The translations under genes were made by a program, and so were the position numbers. DNA of 22,289 nt, from assembly GCA_046583315.1 (NCBI GenBank), contig JAYGCN010000337.1, forward strand, positions 1-22,289, in the 5' to 3' direction. Position 1 is the stretch's first letter. Each line of letters starts with the position of its first letter. Source of the stretch: Candidatus Hydrogenedentota bacterium (GTDB taxonomy: Bacteria > Hydrogenedentota > Hydrogenedentia > Hydrogenedentales > GCA-2746185). Shown here piece after piece: positions 18,178-22,289 of the stretch. The notes beneath the pieces are model-generated. The model was given only the letters and a program-made list of their open reading frames with translations. It was not told the origin of the DNA and did not search any database.

Positions 18178-19422
18178 ATGGCAAAGTTCGCTTATAAAGC
18201 CACCAACAAAGACGGTAAGCCGTCGTTCGGTGTAGTAGAAGCCGAAAGTCAGGCTCTTGCAGTGCAGGATATTCGCAGTCTTGGTTTATTTCCGACGAAT
18301 CTGCGTGAGGCGACCCGCAGTGACCAGAAAAAGGCCCTCAAACAGAAATACAATGATGGATTGGGCGAACTTTATTTTGGCGGACTCAAATGGAAACAAA
18401 TAGTGATGATGACGCGTCAGTTGGCTACTCTTATCGATGCCGGTCTGCCATTGCTTCGTAGTCTGAATATCCTCGTCGCGCAGCAGCCGCCCTCCAAACT
18501 GCGCGACGTATTGCGCGAGATCACCGCCGACGTGCAAGGCGGTGGAACGTTTTCTGAGGCATTGTCCAAACACCCCAAAGGCTTTGATCGTTTGTATGTG
18601 AACATGGTGCGCGCCGGCGAGGTTGGCGGTATGCTCGAAACCGTGCTGAATCGACTCGCCGTGTTTATGGAGAAACGCATGGCGCTGCAACGAAAAGTCA
18701 AAGGCGCGATGGTGTATCCAATCTTCGTGATCACGGCGGCGACCGGTATCGTGACCTTCCTGCTCGTTAAAGTGGTGCCGGTGTTCGCCGAAATTTTCGC
18801 CGAGTTTGGCGCAGGGCTGCCAGCCCCTACACAGTTTCTCGTAACCGTTTCCGATTTTGTAGAGACGAAATGGTGGCTGATGCTTCTGGTATTCAACTCG
18901 ACTCTGATAACGGTTAAGATATTACGCAAAATTCCCATTGTGATGCGGATGTCCGACATCGTGACGCTAAAAATTCCCTTTGTCGGCGATTTGATTACTA
19001 AGGTCGGTGTGGCGCGTTTCGCGCGTACGCTGGGAACCCTGCTTAACTCAGGCGTGCCCATTCTCCAGTCCCTCAAGATTACCCGCGACACCATCTCGAA
19101 TTCGGTGATTCAGGACGCCATTGAACACGTTCACGACCGCATTAAAGAAGGGGACACGATTGCTGCGCCGCTGGATGAAACCAAAGTATTCCCGCCCATG
19201 GTGGTCAACATGATCGATGTGGGCGAGGAAACCGGTAGTCTGGATACCATGCTCACCAAAGTGGCGGACATTTATGACAACGAAGTGGAAGTTGCTGTGG
19301 ATGCCCTGCTGTCCATGATGGAACCCGCGATTATCCTCGTACTCGGAGCCATCATAGGGTTCATCGTAATCGCGCTCTACCTGCCCATATTTACTTTGGG
19401 CGACGCCATGGGTGATGGGTAA
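18178..19422 (+). CDS. pilC: PilC/GspF-family platform protein
   Basis: MAKFAYKA, TRQLATLIDAGLPL, RAGEVGGML, AMVYP, ARFARTLGTL, VGEETGSLD..MMEP..ALYLPIF; AAGGAG RBS. Confidence 0.92.
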   Translation: MAKFAYKATNKDGKPSFGVVEAESQALAVQDIRSLGLFPTNLREATRSDQKKALKQKYNDGLGELYFGGLKWKQIVMMTRQLATLIDAGLPLLRSLNILVAQQPPSKLRDVLREITADVQGGGTFSEALSKHPKGFDRLYVNMVRAGEVGGMLETVLNRLAVFMEKRMALQRKVKGAMVYPIFVITAATGIVTFLLVKVVPVFAEIFAEFGAGLPAPTQFLVTVSDFVETKWWLMLLVFNSTLITVKILRKIPIVMRMSDIVTLKIPFVGDLITKVGVARFARTLGTLLNSGVPILQSLKITRDTISNSVIQDAIEHVHDRIKEGDTIAAPLDETKVFPPMVVNMIDVGEETGSLDTMLTKVADIYDNEVEVAVDALLSMMEPAIILVLGAIIGFIVIALYLPIFTLGDAMGDG

Positions 19423-19467
19423 CCAGTTTAAAGAATGCTATACAGAGAATTTGACGACATAACATGC

Positions 19468-19511
19468 CCGGAAATCGTGCCGCGCGTGATTGCTACACGC
19501 GCTATTGCCGG
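19468..19511 (+). other. Stem-loop in the pilC-pilin intergenic region
   Basis: GCGCGTG (19482-19488), 7-nt loop, CACGCGC (19496-19502), flanked by CCGGAAAT (19468-19475) and ATTGCCGG (19504-19511), which pair at 7 of 8 positions; no U-tract. Confidence 0.45.
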
Positions 19512-19539
19512 AGCCTTGGCTGTTGAAGGAGTTACTACT

Positions 19540-20487
19540 ATGAAAACCATTATCGCACAAAAAAAGAGACAGCATCGCGGCTTCACCCTCGTCGAATTGC
19601 TCGTCGTCATCGCCATCATCGGTATCCTCGCAGGTATCGTGCTGCCGAACGTGACGACCTTTATCTATAAAGGACAAGTCGCCGCGGCCATCAGCGATAT
19701 CAAAAGCATCGATACTGCGTTGACCGGGATGCTGTCCGACACCGAGCGTAGCGATTTTCGGAATTGGTTCAAAACCCAGGACCCCAATAGCCCCCCTTCC
19801 TTTCAGACAACGGAAGCACTGGAGATTTATTTTGCTGAGGGATTGCTAAAGACAAGTCTACAAGGGACCTCACCACTGAGGGATAACGAAAACATTTTGT
19901 ATGACCTTGTGGACAGTCTCACCGAGAATTACACGACAATGATGTATCAACTATTGCGTCAAGGCAAGAATGCGGATATCGCCGTCGATCTGAAACCCGA
20001 AATTCGCCAGAAACTGGGCAATGGGTATGTAGAACTGGAGCAAGATCCCTGGGATCAGACGTATCAATTCTGGATCGGACCCATGCGGGGATTGCCGGTG
20101 CAGCTGTTCCGTTCCTATCGGCTCGATCCAGGTGTTACCGACAACGATGACATGGACTTAAACGAGGTCTACATTTATGATGTTGCAGCCGCAGACGAGG
20201 CGAACGAAAACGTGCCGGGTTCACCAAGGACTGACTACGACACGGTATCCGGCGGAAAACCGGGAACCTTGGAATTGGGTGGTGGCGACGAACTGTTCGC
20301 ATTCTACGGATTCCCCGCATCAAAAGATTTGCCCATGTACGTTTACTCCCGCGGCAAGAACAATCTCACCGATGCCAACGCCATTATCCAGAAAAGAGAA
20401 GTGCCGGACGACTACGCTTTCTGGGGCGGCGGTGATGACATCAACAATTGGGACAAAGTAGCCGGTTGGCAGGCAGCACCACGATAG
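19540..20487 (+). CDS. Large prepilin, probable major subunit of operon 2, with GspG-like motifs
   Basis: AAGGAG at 19526-19531 then ATG 19540 (track start 19435 is too far upstream). MKTIIAQKKRQHRG|FTLVELLVVIAIIGILAGIVLP with E5, G14, P22; DPWDQTY, YSRGKN, DDINNW; 315 aa. Confidence 0.85.
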   Translation: MKTIIAQKKRQHRGFTLVELLVVIAIIGILAGIVLPNVTTFIYKGQVAAAISDIKSIDTALTGMLSDTERSDFRNWFKTQDPNSPPSFQTTEALEIYFAEGLLKTSLQGTSPLRDNENILYDLVDSLTENYTTMMYQLLRQGKNADIAVDLKPEIRQKLGNGYVELEQDPWDQTYQFWIGPMRGLPVQLFRSYRLDPGVTDNDDMDLNEVYIYDVAAADEANENVPGSPRTDYDTVSGGKPGTLELGGGDELFAFYGFPASKDLPMYVYSRGKNNLTDANAIIQKREVPDDYAFWGGGDDINNWDKVAGWQAAPR

Positions 20488-20517
20488 GCCTTCGGCCATT
20501 CCAGGGATGTATGATGT

Positions 20518-21561
20518 ATGAATGGACGAGACCGACATAGCGGGTATACGCTCGTGGAATTGCTGGTGGTGATGGCCATCATCGTGATGCTGTCCAGCGT
20601 CACGATCCCGACCCTCATCCGAAGCGGATTTTTCTCCAGCGATAAATCCCGCACCGCCGCGCGCGATCTCTTTGCCCAATTACGCGCGGCAAACCTGCAC
20701 GCCACCACCCGAAACGTCGATGCGGCCATTGCGTACGACGTGGATGTCCCACAGGATAGTTTATTCTCCGGCGATGGTAATCTGGGTACGAATCAGGTGA
20801 ACGATGCCGTGCCAACTGATTACGCGCACTACGGCGAGGTGAGCGGTGGCAACTACGATTCCACACGCGTTGTATTGACTGAGAGTGCCCTGGTCAGACG
20901 CCTGACGATAGAGGAGATTGGTGAATCGTTGGGCGGTGTTTCGCTAGCGGCTATCATCATAAATTACGACCCGAACGACGAGTACGGTTCTTACGGTAAT
21001 CTCAAAAATGATTTGCCCTTCGTTCCTGTCAATAATACCTTCGGTGGTTTTCAGGCATTTCCTAAGGAAACCTGTGTATTGACGAATCACCCTGCTGTCT
21101 TGACCGATGGCGGGACCCCGCAGGACGACTTGGACACGTTCAGGAGTGAAACAGGCTTGCAGGATATTGCGATTTTTCGAATTTTCGAGGATTCCAATGG
21201 TTATGAAATTAGTCGAATTCTGCCGAAAATCAGCGACGGGGATTTGACCGACACGAGCTACCCCGATAGGGGACTGCCGGGAGATAATTCGATTTGGAAC
21301 AACCGTTTCCCCGCGCACGTGTTCAAAAAAACCGGCGGACTTGATACGATTAGTACCAAACAACGCCTCGTGCTGTCGCTCGGATTAAAGCCTGACGCGG
21401 ACTATTACGATCGCTACATGGTGAACGATTTGAACGACCTGCTCTTTACGGAGAATGGTTTTTCCGGCGATGCCAGTTTCGAGCTCGTCGGCATTGAGAC
21501 CGATGTAATCATCAACGTGGTGACCGGGCGTGTGAAAGTGGCGGACGATGATGAAACCTGA
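20518..21561 (+). CDS. Large FimT/GspH-like minor prepilin
   Basis: RHSG|YTLVELLVVMAII, AARDLFAQLRAA..A, C-terminal INVVTGRV; 347 aa. Confidence 0.8.
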   Translation: MNGRDRHSGYTLVELLVVMAIIVMLSSVTIPTLIRSGFFSSDKSRTAARDLFAQLRAANLHATTRNVDAAIAYDVDVPQDSLFSGDGNLGTNQVNDAVPTDYAHYGEVSGGNYDSTRVVLTESALVRRLTIEEIGESLGGVSLAAIIINYDPNDEYGSYGNLKNDLPFVPVNNTFGGFQAFPKETCVLTNHPAVLTDGGTPQDDLDTFRSETGLQDIAIFRIFEDSNGYEISRILPKISDGDLTDTSYPDRGLPGDNSIWNNRFPAHVFKKTGGLDTISTKQRLVLSLGLKPDADYYDRYMVNDLNDLLFTENGFSGDASFELVGIETDVIINVVTGRVKVADDDET

Positions 21562-21958
21562 TCGCTGCGTACATAATCCACGGACCGATGCCGGGTTTAC
21601 GCTCGTCGAGATTCTCGTCGCGCTGGCGATTCTGCTGGTGGGCCTCGTCTCCGTCTTGATTCTGTTCCCGCAGAGCCTGAGTCAGGCCAACACCGCCAAC
21701 AAAAAATCCGTGTCCGCCGATCATGCGCGTGAAGTGCTTGGTGAAATCAGCCAGCTGGGCGCCGATTACCTCTACTACGATCAAATCGACAAAGACATCC
21801 TCCACAAGAGCGCAGAGGGAGGTGTTTTCGGTTACGAAACGACCATCCAACGTATCGAACATGGCGACGCTGAGTCCCGATTGCAGCGGGTGACCTTCAC
21901 GGTGACCTTTCCCAACGGTACCAGCGAGCGCTATACAACTTTCGTGGTGAAACCATGA
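21548..21958 (+). CDS. PilV/GspI-like minor prepilin
   Basis: DAG|FTLVEILVALAILLVGLVSVLILFP, LQRVTFTVTF; second in the minor pilin series; start 21548 or 21551. Confidence 0.8.
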   Translation: MMKPDRCVHNPRTDAGFTLVEILVALAILLVGLVSVLILFPQSLSQANTANKKSVSADHAREVLGEISQLGADYLYYDQIDKDILHKSAEGGVFGYETTIQRIEHGDAESRLQRVTFTVTFPNGTSERYTTFVVKP

Positions 21959-22289
21959 TGATGCCGCGTTCCATATCCCGTCGAAGCGGATTCACCCTCA
22001 TCGAGCTGCTCGTGTCTCTGGCCATATTCACCACCATCATGGCCGGCGTGACCATCATGTTCAACTCCGTCGTGCGCGTCACCAAACAAGGTTACCTCAA
22101 CCAGAAGGCTTTCGAAACCGTGCGCGGCGCACTGTCCATCATCGAAGAAGACCTCACCCGCAGCTTCGGATCCCGCGCCACCGGGCACAAACACACTTTC
22201 TACGGTACCCCCTTCGGCTTCACCTTCATCGGCCTCGTGCCCAGCGAAGATTCCGACGACTTTAACCTCGCGCGGATCACCTATGTGAT
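21955..22289 (+). CDS. PilW/GspJ-like minor prepilin, 3'-partial (absent from the ORF track)
   Basis: ATG 21955 overlaps the previous TGA (ATGA). Manual translation gives MMMPRSISRRSG|FTLIELLVSLAIFTTIMAGV...VRGALSIIEEDLTRSF...FTFIG...RITYV, open to the window end. Confidence 0.85.
   Translation, partial: MMMPRSISRRSGFTLIELLVSLAIFTTIMAGVTIMFNSVVRVTKQGYLNQKAFETVRGALSIIEEDLTRSFGSRATGHKHTFYGTPFGFTFIGLVPSEDSDDFNLARITYV

Noticed and set aside
18417..19094. Long antisense ORFs (this 225-aa one, 16433-17104, 7821-8378, 15226-15768 and others)
   Set aside because: They lie opposite well-supported genes and lack motifs; such shadow ORFs are expected.
19582..20487. Electrically conductive pilin idea (33 F/Y/W in 301 aa, about 11%)
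   Set aside because: It lacks aromatics at Geobacter PilA-equivalent positions 24 and 50/51, looks GspG-like, and aromatic content is a disputed predictor.
20506..20521. GATGTAT x2, plus AGAACAC x2 (13131-13147) and TAGCATT x2 (13282-13297)
   Set aside because: Two-copy 7-mers are too short to distinguish from chance.
19540..22289. Pilin cassette shuffling or a diversity-generating system
   Set aside because: The pilin 5' ends share protein motifs but no long identical DNA, and no recombinase, reverse transcriptase or silent cassette is visible.

Overview
All supported genes lie on the + strand; the window holds two adjacent type IV filament (TFF) superfamily operons. It opens with the 3' part of a DUF4340-like gene (<1-828). 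Operon 1 (about 1066-13127) is a type II secretion system, gspC-D-E-F-G-H-I-J-K-L-M; gspN, the prepilin peptidase and a pilotin are not in the window. Operon 2 (13354->22289) follows an AT-rich spacer with a clear sigma70-type promoter and reads pilB-pilT-pilB-pilC plus at least four prepilin genes, the last running off the window edge. Operon 2 is the unusual part: two divergent extension ATPases flank a retraction ATPase, the first PilB has a 46-aa Ser/Thr/Met-rich periodic linker, and the probable major pilin is a 315-aa Cys-free protein with GspG-type pseudopilin motifs. Both operon leaders share a 25-bp motif (TAA-N3-ATTG-N5-AAT-N4-TTA), which forms a 42-bp imperfect palindrome before operon 2. 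No RNA genes, CRISPR arrays or mobile elements were seen. The secretin implies a diderm host; a Hydrogenedentota/PVC-like origin is only a guess from gene order. All calls come from reading motifs by eye; no searches were run.
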